From an uncultured Chloroflexia bacterium (GTDB lineage: Bacteria; Chloroflexota; Limnocylindria; Limnocylindrales; CSP1-4), in NCBI GenBank assembly GCA_963731995.1, contig CAVSXV010000004.1, positions 384,973 to 448,972 of the forward strand: DNA of 64,000 bases, given 5' to 3'. This document shows, piece after piece, positions 37,316 through 47,310 of the stretch (its first letter is position 1; every line of letters starts with the position of its first letter). The notes beneath the pieces are model-generated. The model saw only the letters and a program-made list of their open reading frames with translations, was not told where the DNA came from and made no database searches. The translations under genes and the position numbers were made by a program.

Positions 37316-37422
37316 CCCGGCTGCCTGAGCCGGTGGGACCCAACAGCGGGTAGCCACCTCGCCGAGGCTCAGCGATGGCGGCGCGGGGCTCGACGCGCCG
37401 TGCACGCCTCGGGCCACGATCG

Positions 37423-37659
37423 CTAGGCTCCCTGCTCTACCTCGAAGAGCGTGTGTGCTTCGAGTCCGTGGGCTTCTCGGTGCACGCGCGTGGCGGTCTC
37501 GCGATCGGGCGCGTCCACGAGACAGAAGATTTTGCCGGCCTCCTCGTCGACCCAGTAGTGCTTGTACTCGACGCCGTACTTCTCCTGGACTCGGACGTCC
37601 TCCTCATGGGCTTTGGCGACATCGGCCGCCTTCACGCCGGGGATGTCATGCATGTCCAT
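37423..37659 (-). CDS. DUF4242 (SCO4226-like) small protein
   Basis: MDMHDIPGVKAADVAKAHEEDVRVQEKYGVEYKHYWVDEEAGKIFCLVDAPDRETATRVHREAHGLEAHTLFEV. The ORF could also start at 37680. Confidence 0.7.
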   Translation of the reverse strand: MDMHDIPGVKAADVAKAHEEDVRVQEKYGVEYKHYWVDEEAGKIFCLVDAPDRETATRVHREAHGLEAHTLFEVEQGA

Positions 37660-37899
37660 ATATGAGGCCAACACAACCATGGCGATGTTCGACTGCCACT
37701 CCTCGGACTTCGCTCCCGCTCTGGAGCTGCGGACTCGGTGACGCGAGGCATGTGACATCCTTCGCAGACCGGGCTCGGTGGAGGCCACGGCGAATGACCC
37801 AGATGAGGCTGCTGAAGGTCCGCCCCCACATGGGACGGACCTTCGTCGCTGTCTTGGGCAGTGCGCTCCTCGGAGAATGGCTCGAACTGTGGCGACAGC

Positions 37900-38685
37900 C
37901 TATTCGGCCGAGGCTTGCGGTGGGCCCGGCAGCGCAGGCAAGTCGCCTTGCCAGGTCAAGCCCACCCAGTCGAGGCCGACGTCCGCCTCTTTCGTCAGCA
38001 GCATCTGCGCCGCGTAACCTTCGTAGCCGCCCTCACCGACACACCACTTCATGACCGGCACCTTCATGAGTGAGACTTCGCCGCCCGACCAGGTGCACTC
38101 CCAAGCCCCACCGTCGTTCTCGATCCGCTCGGTGCCCCACTGGGTCACGGCAGGCTGGCCCCAGTCCGGCGGCACCAGGTGGCTGTCCTGGTTGAGCGTC
38201 CCGGTCAGCGTTCCTGCCAAGCGTGGGTCAGAGGCCTCGATGATGCCCTCGTACACCTGGCCTCGCAGCTCCTCCAGGTTCCTCCCGTCTTCTGGGACCG
38301 TCTTCTCTCCGAAGTCGGGGAAGCTCAGGATGCGCACAAGGCCCTGCGAGTACTTGGACTCGTAGCCGGTCGGCTCCGCGGCGGCAGCCTCCGCCGAGTC
38401 CTGCAACGGAGAAGTGCTCGGCTGCTCCGCGCCTGGTGGGGCGACGACGCCGTCGTCTGGCGCGAGCCCACCAGGTGTAGCGAGGAGGAAGGCCGCTCCG
38501 GCGGCTGCCAGGATGCTCGCGGCCGCGGCGAACTTGATCGGACTTGACATGTTGATGTACCTCCAACGGGGGGATGTGGTCTTGGCTTGGCGCGTGATCG
38601 CCAGCGCATCGACGTTCCGAGGGGGCCCGACCTCGTAGTCGATCTCGTCGGCGAGCTGGCGCTCGAAGGCGTTTCGGTTATCCAT
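37900..38685 (-). CDS. single-pass membrane protein co-transcribed with the ECF sigma factor (putative anti-sigma factor)
   Basis: The start overlaps the sigma-factor stop by 8 nt (38678-38685). A 45-aa cytoplasmic N-terminus precedes TM helix IKFAAAASILAAAGAAFLLA and an extracytoplasmic domain of about 190 aa. Confidence 0.6.
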   Translation of the reverse strand: MDNRNAFERQLADEIDYEVGPPRNVDALAITRQAKTTSPRWRYINMSSPIKFAAAASILAAAGAAFLLATPGGLAPDDGVVAPPGAEQPSTSPLQDSAEAAAAEPTGYESKYSQGLVRILSFPDFGEKTVPEDGRNLEELRGQVYEGIIEASDPRLAGTLTGTLNQDSHLVPPDWGQPAVTQWGTERIENDGGAWECTWSGGEVSLMKVPVMKWCVGEGGYEGYAAQMLLTKEADVGLDWVGLTWQGDLPALPGPPQASAE

Positions 38686-39232
38686 CGCTGAGCTCCTGCC
38701 GGAGTCGGTCGTTCAGTCGTTCGAGTCGGTTGCGGATGCCTGACGGTGTGATGCCGACGACTGCCGCCAGCTCAGTGGCGTTGAAGCCGGCCACGTACCG
38801 CAGCGCCAGCAGCGCGCGGTCGTCGGGCTCGAGTCGCTTGAGTGCTTCGCGCAGGTCGAGCGCATCGATGCCGGTCTCGGGATTGCGGCCGCTCGGCGCA
38901 CCGAACCCGGCTACGAGCAATTCCACCTCCCAGCGTCGTCCGCGCTTCTTGAGACCACGTTTGGCCTCATTGACGGCGACGCGCATGAGCCACGACCGCA
39001 GTTTCGTTGCTTCGCGGACCGAGCCGAGCTTGCGCCAGGCGATCGCCCAGGCTGCCTGTACCGCGTCCTCGGCCAGGTCGTTGTCGCGCGTGATGAAGAC
39101 GCATACGCGGCGCATGTCATCGTGATAGGCATCGACGATCTGGGCGAAGGCGAACTCGTCACCCTCCGCGGCCGACGCCAGGGCCCCGACGAACTGTTGC
39201 TCAGCCACGGCCGTCTCTGCTTCCCATGACAA
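38678..39232 (-). CDS. ECF-type RNA polymerase sigma-70 family factor
   Basis: Region 2: DDMRRVCVFITRDNDLAEDAVQAAWAIAWRKL...SWLMRVAVNEA. Region 4: LEPDDRALLALRYVAGFNATELAAVVGITPSGIRNRLER. Confidence 0.85.
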   Translation of the reverse strand: MSWEAETAVAEQQFVGALASAAEGDEFAFAQIVDAYHDDMRRVCVFITRDNDLAEDAVQAAWAIAWRKLGSVREATKLRSWLMRVAVNEAKRGLKKRGRRWEVELLVAGFGAPSGRNPETGIDALDLREALKRLEPDDRALLALRYVAGFNATELAAVVGITPSGIRNRLERLNDRLRQELSDG

Positions 39233-39570
39233 CTAGACCTCTCGCGAGAGGGAAGTGTCCCATCCCGGTTCCGATCCAAGGTCAGGGACGCTGTGGCGAG
39301 GTCGGCGAGTCCGCAGCCTGCGGTCCTGGGCTCGGAACCGTGTGTCCTCCTCGCCAGGGAGCACCACGAACCTCTCAGAGAAGCAAAGTCGGCCCGCCGC
39401 GCGAAGGTCGGACGGCCCGGCTCCCATGGCGGCGACGACCGGACATGAACCGCTATCGGTGGCGATCCCAAGCGGCGGTCGGTCGTGGCTGGCGATGGAC
39501 GTCCGCGAGAGAACCAGCGGTAGCGGTAGGTGTTTACGCGCGGCCGGCGCGCTGGCTCCCTACGAAGGCT

Positions 39571-39978
39571 TCACCTTCGAGGGCGAGCCACCTCGGTACC
39601 CCGACCCCATCGAGCCGCCCGCCGACCAGGTACGTATGACGCGTTGAGCACGAACCGGGGGCCGTCGGGCGCGTCCTTCGGCCTGTAGGCCACTCGCACC
39701 GCGTTGCCCGCTGGGACGTTCAGGAAGGTGCGCTCCACAACCTCGTGCTGCGGCTGGCCATCGACGGCCCGGACTGTCTCGTGCGCAGCCCTCTCAGCGG
39801 AGGAGACATCCTCCATCAGCGAAGAGTCGCAGATCTGTCCAGCGGCCACGTCGGTCCCCGGGATCGCGGTGGAGCGCGTGGCCACGTCTTCGTCGGAGGC
39901 CGGCTGGGCGACGGCCGCCACGTTTGTCGTGATGATGACGAACCAGGCCAGAGGCACTCCCCGCAGGAGTCGATGCAC
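39571..39978 (-). CDS. secreted hypothetical protein (C-terminus possibly frameshifted)
   Basis: Signal MHRLLRGVPLAWFVIITTNVAAVAQP. The Arg-rich tail after ...FVLNASYV looks out of frame; the alternative frame gives LVGGRLDGVGVPRWLALEGEAFVGSQRAGRA* ending near 39537. Confidence 0.5.
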   Translation of the reverse strand: MHRLLRGVPLAWFVIITTNVAAVAQPASDEDVATRSTAIPGTDVAAGQICDSSLMEDVSSAERAAHETVRAVDGQPQHEVVERTFLNVPAGNAVRVAYRPKDAPDGPRFVLNASYVPGRRAARWGRGTEVARPRR

Positions 39979-40247
39979 CTTCTCATCCTCCGAGCGGACG
40001 CTCTCCAGCCTCGCGCCCCGCTCAGCGGGTCAAGGGCCGGACGGCCCGGCGGCGTGCGTGGGCATGGCGATGGCGACCAGACATAACCCCCTATACATGG
40101 CGACTGTGCAGAGATCCACGGAGCCCATGGACGTCGGCGAGAGAATCAGTTGGTAGCGGGAGGCTCCGACGCACGGCCCCAGCACTGGCCGCCTGGACCG
40201 TGCCGAGCCACTGGCGAACCCGGCCCGCGTGAGTGAAGGGGGATGCC

Positions 40248-41123
40248 ATGCGCACGTTGCGGCTGTCTCTGGTCGGGACGGTCATCTTGGTGCTGCTCGG
40301 CGGATCGGGCAGTGTGGCGCTGTCCCAGGACGATGCGTCCGGCGAGATCGAAGCCCTGTCCGAGGTGATCTGGGAGCTGGTGATCCCACGCGAGGCGCTA
40401 CCCGACGACTTCGTCAAGCTGGTCATGGAGGACTGGACGCTCGCGCCCGGTACCGACACCAGCGACTCCCTTGCCTCGGCCCTCGGGAACGAAGCGAACC
40501 GCGGTCGAGGCCTCGTCATCGAGAGTGGCGAGCTCGTCATCACGCCCGCCACGGACGCCCTGCTCTGGCGTGGTGCCACCGGTGACGCGGAGACGAGTCC
40601 CGCTGGCGAACCGGTGACACTCGCCGTCGGTGACGCGATCTTCCTACCCGCGATCCCCGTCGACGAGGTGGACGACGAGGCGCCGATCGCCTTCGTGAAC
40701 CCGGGTTCGGAGGCCGTCACCGCACGCTCGTTCCACACGCACCAGGAGGGCGGCACGTTCTACGGCTACCTGCCCGGCCTCGTGCTCGGTCCTTGGGACA
40801 TGGCCGGCCCCTTCGATCCTGCCGCCATCGAGGCGACGGCCGGAACTGACGTCCGCTTCCGTCTGTCCAGGATCATCGGCGGGCCCGGCGCGCAGTTGCC
40901 GACCATCGCTCCTCCGGGCGTCGGCTTGTACTTCGTCGAGAGCGGGGACCTGGAGCAGGTGAGCGCCGGTCCGGATTGGGAGGACGTCTACGACTGGCCC
41001 ACTGGGAGGAACGGCCTCCTACCGGCGTGGGAAGGCGTCGAGCAGACCGTGCGCGTGGCGGGTGATGAGGCGGCCACGTTGCTGGAGTTCGCAGCCATCC
41101 CCCAGCCCTCGTCCTCGGAGTAG
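40248..41123 (+). CDS. secreted hypothetical protein
   Basis: ATG 40248 with GAAGGGGGA upstream. Signal MRTLRLSLVGTVILVLLGGSGSVALSQDD. I recognise no family. Confidence 0.6.
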   Translation: MRTLRLSLVGTVILVLLGGSGSVALSQDDASGEIEALSEVIWELVIPREALPDDFVKLVMEDWTLAPGTDTSDSLASALGNEANRGRGLVIESGELVITPATDALLWRGATGDAETSPAGEPVTLAVGDAIFLPAIPVDEVDDEAPIAFVNPGSEAVTARSFHTHQEGGTFYGYLPGLVLGPWDMAGPFDPAAIEATAGTDVRFRLSRIIGGPGAQLPTIAPPGVGLYFVESGDLEQVSAGPDWEDVYDWPTGRNGLLPAWEGVEQTVRVAGDEAATLLEFAAIPQPSSSE

Positions 41124-41525
41124 GCGCCGGTGACCTGGGAGGGCTACGCCGACGACATCCGCGGCACCGTCGTCGCAGCTGGGATGACACCACCTCCCGA
41201 ACTCGCCGAGTAGCCCTGTCGCGCCGCCTCGGCTGTCGGCGCCATGGCGGCGATGACCATCAGGTGGATCCGGGCCGGGCCTGACGCGCCGGACCGGCCG
41301 CTCACGCAAGACCTGACCTTCACCTCATAGGAGAACCATGCGCCCGATGGGCCTCGGCCGAAGTCGGAGGCCCATCAGAGGCGGCATCATGACCATCTGG
41401 GCTCGGGGCGCGTCCCACCAGACCTGAATCCGCCCAATGCTCGAGCCGCTCGCCGAAGGGCAGGATGGAAGCCGACGATGGCTGAACCGCTGGCGGTCGG
41501 TCCTCGTGGTCAGAACCCTCCGCGG

Positions 41526-41888
41526 TCACGCTGGTCCGAGCACCAGACGCTCAGCCGATCCCGTGATGGACGAGACCGACGGCGCCCCGCTGGGCGTCGG
41601 ACGTGTGTAGGTGCCGTCGAAGGTGAGGTTGCCCCCGTCAGACGCGACCTTCAGATCGAAGTCGAGGGTGTGCCAGCCGGCCTGCCCCTCGGCGGGTCCC
41701 AGCGGAGCGACTGCCCGAAAACGCGCCGAGCCCAGGTTCGCCGCTCTCCAGACACCATGGGCGGTGTAGCCCGAGATCGTGATGGTCATCGTCCCATCCG
41801 GATGGAACGACGCGGTCGCGTAGTCGGGGCCGAACCTGCTCGTAGCCTTGAGCAGCACGGTCCAAGCGCCGATCGCTGGATGGTCCAT
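41526..41888 (-). CDS. hypothetical protein
   Basis: 120-aa ORF with a beta-rich, protein-like composition (GAWTVLLKATSRFGPDYATASFHPDGTMTITISGYTAHGVWRA...). No family recognised. Confidence 0.45.
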   Translation of the reverse strand: MDHPAIGAWTVLLKATSRFGPDYATASFHPDGTMTITISGYTAHGVWRAANLGSARFRAVAPLGPAEGQAGWHTLDFDLKVASDGGNLTFDGTYTRPTPSGAPSVSSITGSAERLVLGPA

Positions 41889-41927
41889 GTCGATCCCTCC
41901 GTTCGGGTGCAGGCCGGAAACCCTACC

Positions 41928-42173
41928 TCAGAACAGCCGCCAGAGGCTGGCCATGCCCGCGTTCCAGAGGCGCTCGAGCGAGCCTGTGCTGGGCGTCCCC
42001 GGGCTGGACATGAATGCGAGCTCGTCGAACACCTCGTCGTCAGCCTGGTCCGCCATCTCGTGGCTGTAGCACAGGACGTCGAGCTCCTCATTCTGGAATA
42101 GGCTCAGGTCATCGAGGTTGCAGCCGCCGATGAAGACTTCGTCATCGACCGTCGCGACGTTTGCCTGCGCCAT
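41928..42173 (-). CDS. small acidic hypothetical protein (81 aa)
   Basis: ATG 42173: MAQANVATVDDEVFIGGCNLDDLSLFQNEELDVLCYSHEMADQADDEVFDELAFMSS...LWNAGMASLWRLF. Very acidic with a hydrophobic C-terminus. Confidence 0.4.
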   Translation of the reverse strand: MAQANVATVDDEVFIGGCNLDDLSLFQNEELDVLCYSHEMADQADDEVFDELAFMSSPGTPSTGSLERLWNAGMASLWRLF

Positions 42174-42262
42174 CTCGGGGGTGCTCGAGGATCGCCGCGC
42201 AGGGCCTTCTCCATGTAACAAGGGCGACGACCAGACGTCGTACGCCTGGCGCCACGAAGAAA

Positions 42263-42288
42263 CGCGGCACCCTCCTCCAGGTGCCGCG
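42263..42288 (-). terminator. intrinsic terminator of the transcarbamylase/PLP operon
   Basis: On the minus strand: CGCGGCACC-tggaggag-GGTGCCGCG (perfect 9-bp stem) followed by TTTCTTCG, 26 nt after the stop at 42314. Confidence 0.55.
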
Positions 42289-42313
42289 TCCGTCGTTGGC
42301 GTGTGTGCGGGGA

Positions 42314-43292
42314 TCAGCCCATGGTCAGGGCCATCACCGCCTTCTGGGCATGGAGTCGGTTCTCGGCCTCGTCGAAGGCCGCCGACTTGGGGCCGTCGAT
42401 GACCGCATCGGCCACCTCGACACCACGGTCGGCCGGCAGCGGATGCATCCAGATGGCATCGTCCGCCGTCATGGCCATGCGACGCTCATCGGAGATCCAG
42501 TCGGTGTACTGCGCCGCGATCTTGGCGCCTTCCTCGTCGTCGACGCCGAGGGTATGTGCCCCCCATGACTTGGCGTAGACCACGTCGGCGCCGTCGAAGC
42601 CGGCATCGAAGTCATCGAGCTGCTCGAACTTCCCACCGGCCTTGGCCACGTTGGCCCTGGCCTCTTCCATGATCTGCGGCATCAGCTTGAACTCGGGTGG
42701 ATGAACCAGCTTCACGTCCATGCCGAAGCGGGTCGCGGCCAGCAGTAGTGACTGCGGCACGGAGATGGGCTTCTGGTAGCTCGAGGCGTAGGCCCAGCTG
42801 ATGGTGATCGACTGACCCTTGAGGCGGCCCTTCTTCTCGATGATGGTCATCAGGTCCGCGAGGATCTGGAAGGGGTGGTACGTCTCGCACTGCATGTTGA
42901 GCACGGGCACGCGAGAGGCCTCGGCCACGGCGCGGATGTACTCGTTGCCCTCACCCGGAGGTGACGTGGCGGATGGCGATGCCATCGTTGTAGCGGCCCA
43001 GGATCTCGCCGATCTCCGTGGCCGTATCGCCGTGGGCGATCTGTGTGGTGCGGCTCTCCATGAACATGCCGTGCCCGCCGAGCTGGGCCATGCCCGCCTC
43101 GAACGAGGCACGCGTGCGGGTGCTGCTGAAGAAGAACAGCATGGCCAGCGTCTTGTCCAGGAGGTACGCGTGGCGCTCGCCGAGCGCCCGCTTGCGCTTG
43201 AGGTCGAAGGCCACGTCGAGCGCGGTCTCGATCTCCTCGTTGGTCCAGTCCGAGAGCGCGATCAGGTCGCGCCCGCGAAGTCCGGTCTGCAT
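42314..43292 (-). pseudogene. YgeW-type (knotted) carbamoyltransferase, one apparent +1 insertion
   Basis: MQTGLRGRDLIALSDWTNEEIE...FFFSSTRTRASFEAGMAQLGG...TQIAHGDTATEIGEILGRYNDGIAIR... | GEGNEYIRAVAEASRVPVLNMQCETYHPFQILADL...ISWAYASSYQKPISVPQSLLLAATRFGMDVKLVHP...WMHPLPADRG. Frame change near 42955-42965. Confidence 0.75.
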
Positions 43293-43301
43293 CGCAGGCC
43301 C

Positions 43302-44259
43302 CTACTCGGCCTTGCCGAGGACCAGGGTCAGCAGCGCCATGCGCATGACCACGCCGTTGAAGGCCTCGACCCAGTAGCGGCCGAAGCGCGTCTCGTCCAC
43401 GTCCTCGGTGAGCTCGTCCATGCGCGGCAGGCTGTGCAGCACGAAGGCGTTGCGCTTGGCCTTCTCGTGCAGCAGCTTGAGGTTGACGACGGTACTCGGG
43501 CGGGGTGAGGCCCTTCTCGACGTCCTGCTCGTCCACGCGACCCTTGGTGTAGTCGGCCTGCACGACCGGCTCCATGTAGATGACATCGGCCTCGCCGATG
43601 ACGTCGCGGATGTCGCCGACCTCGCGGTAGTAGGTGGAGCGCTCGTCGAGCTCAGCCTTGAACTCGGGCAGCAGGCTCATCTCGTCGGGGCCGATGATGA
43701 TGGCTTCCATGTCGAAGCGCGACATGGCGTAGAGGATGGAGTGCATGGTGCGCATGCGCATGTCGCCCACGAGGATGACCTTGAGCCCGTCGAGGGTGCC
43801 GTGCTCCTTCCAGATGGTGTAGAGGTCGGTCAGCACCTGCGTGGGGTGCTCGCCCCAGCCGTCGCCGCAGTTGATGACGGGCACGGACGACCACTTGGCG
43901 GCCTCGTGCGGGGCGCCCTGCTGGAAGTGCCGGATGGCGATGACGTCGCCGTAGTACTCCAGCATGTGGAAGGTGTCCTTGATCGACTCCATGTAGAAGT
44001 CGCCGGCGCGGGTCATCTTGGCGTCGCTGAAGCCGAGCACGTGGCCGCCGAGGCGGTGCATCGCGGCCTCGGTCGAGAGGCGCGTACGGGTGGACGGCTG
44101 GTAGAACGCGGTCAGCAGCGTCTTGTCGGCCAGGAGGTCGGTGTTGCGGCGGTCGCGCGCGATGGGGGCCAGGTCGTCGCAGACCTGGAAGATGCGCAGG
44201 TACTCGTCGCGGGTCATGTCCTTGAGGGACAGGATGTCGCGGCCCTTGAAGCTTCTCAT
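43302..44259 (-). pseudogene. aspartate-carbamoyltransferase-like transcarbamylase of unknown acceptor, one apparent +1 insertion
   Basis: MRSFKGRDILSLKDMTRDEY...AFYQPSTRTRLSTEAAMHRLGG...IAIRH...GDGWGEHPTQVLTDL...LVGDMRMRTMHS...MEPVVQADY...LTPPEY | VVNLKLLHEKAKRNAFVLHSLPRMDE...Frame change near 43491. The ATG overlaps the upstream stop (ATGA, 44256-44259). Confidence 0.75.
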
Positions 44260-45658
44260 CGGGGGTGTTCGTCCTCCTGCTGCTTGTGCGGCACGACCGA
44301 CGATCGTCGGACGCCGCTGAAGATCACTGCCACGGTCTCGTCCGGGCTGACGAGTCCGTCGCGGGTGAGCTGGATCAGGCCGGCCAGGCCGGCAGTTCCG
44401 GTGTGGTCGGCATCGATGCCCGTCTCGCGTCGGGCCAGGGCATTGGCGGCTTCGAGCGTGGCCTCGTCGACCACGACCGAGCGTCCGCCGGTGATGAGCA
44501 TGGCACGCACGACGGCTGCCCAATCGTACGTCTCGTCATCGAGGATGCCATGGGCGACCGACACCGGTTCGGTCTCCCAGGCCCACATGTAGTCCGAGCG
44601 GTGATGCACCGCCTGTGAGATGGCGCCGGCGACAGCCTCCGGGTCGGCCGGTGTGCCCGCGGCGACCAGCAGGTGCTCCAGCGCGCGGTCGTGTGCCCGC
44701 TTGAGCGGGTAGCCGCCCTGCGTCTGGACGGTGTCGATGACCGGCAGCTCCGCGAGCTGACCGAAGGCGACAGCCTCTTCGAGCGCCTGCGCCGCGGCCG
44801 AAGCGAAGGCCCCACCGCCGACGTGGATGATCAGCCGGTCCAGCGCCGAAGCGTCGTCGGCCAGCTCGTCGACGAGCTCCCAGGCCAGCGTCTGCCCGCC
44901 CTCGATGGCGAGCCCGTTGAGGTTGCCTTGCACGGTGAAGGGCACGGCTCCTTCGGCGATGGCCTGCATCAATCGATGGACGGTGGGGTCACCCGACTGG
45001 CCCGACTGTCGCTCGCAGACTTCGAGCTCCGCTCCGAGCGAGTCGAGCCGGGCTACCACGGCTGGCTCGGCACTGGGCGGCACGAAGACCAGCAGGCGGC
45101 GCTGCGCTGCCCGGGCCACGACGGCGGCGGCCAGCGCGGCGTTGCCGCAGGAGGCGATGGCCAGGGGTGCGCTCGGGTCAGCGGTGCCGATCGACTCAGC
45201 CACCTTGAGCGCGAGCATCACGCCCATCAGGTGACGCGCCTTGTGCGAGCCCGAGACGTTGCCGGTCTCGTCCTTGACCCAGACACCGCCAGCAGTCGCG
45301 AAACCGAGCTCGGCGTCGAGCCCGGACGAACGCAGGATGGGTGTGACTCGGAAGCCCTTCCCGTCGACCGCAGCGACAGCGTCGTCGAGCTCGCCGACCA
45401 GGTCCACGTAGCGTCCGTCGCTCCAACCGGCAGCGCGGGCCACGTGGTACGAGTGGAACCGCCGCCGGTAGCGCACGAAGGGGTTGGCGCTCGGTTCGGC
45501 ATCCGGCTGGCCATCGGCCGCGGCCGGGTCGAGGACTCGCCGCAAGACGTGGTCGATGTCATCGCCGGGGCGTGCCGCCGGGCAGGCCCAGGTGATGGGA
45601 TCGTCGGCCGGGACCTCGGCGCCGCAACCGGCGCACACGAGGCGGGAGGCCGGTTGGC

Positions 45659-45662
<4 letters not shown>
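44256..45662 (-). CDS. threonine-synthase-like fold-type-II PLP enzyme with N-terminal Cys ribbon
   Basis: GTG 45662 overlaps the upstream stop (GTGA). VSQPASRLVCAGCGAEV...WACP...VWVKDETGNVSGSHKARH (PLP Lys)...ASCGNAALAAA...HVGGGAF...TGTAGLAGL. Confidence 0.8.
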
Positions 45663-47161
<1,499 letters not shown>

Positions 47162-47310
47162 CGTCTGTCTTTGCCGTCGTCGAAGCAGGACTGCGCCTCA
47201 TCGTGCGACTGGCCTGGCGGCATGTGCCCTGATCTTCCGGGCGGCAGCGTTGCCAGCAGGTTTGCCTAGCCTAACGGTGTCCGATAAGGGTAGGGTGTCG
47301 CTAGGGCCAC

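Noticed and set aside
39233-39300. ECF-type autoregulatory promoter upstream of the sigma-factor gene (GGAAC on the minus strand at 39272-39268).
   Set aside because: Only the -35-like pentamer is convincing. The -10 element and spacing are ambiguous and would leave almost no 5' UTR. It is not strong enough to list as a feature.
41338-41427. 29-codon ORF (MRPMGLGRSRRPIRGGIMTIWARGASHQT) with AGGAG 5 nt upstream.
   Set aside because: The composition is Arg/Gly-rich and not protein-like, and there is no supporting context. It is probably a chance ORF in an intergenic region.
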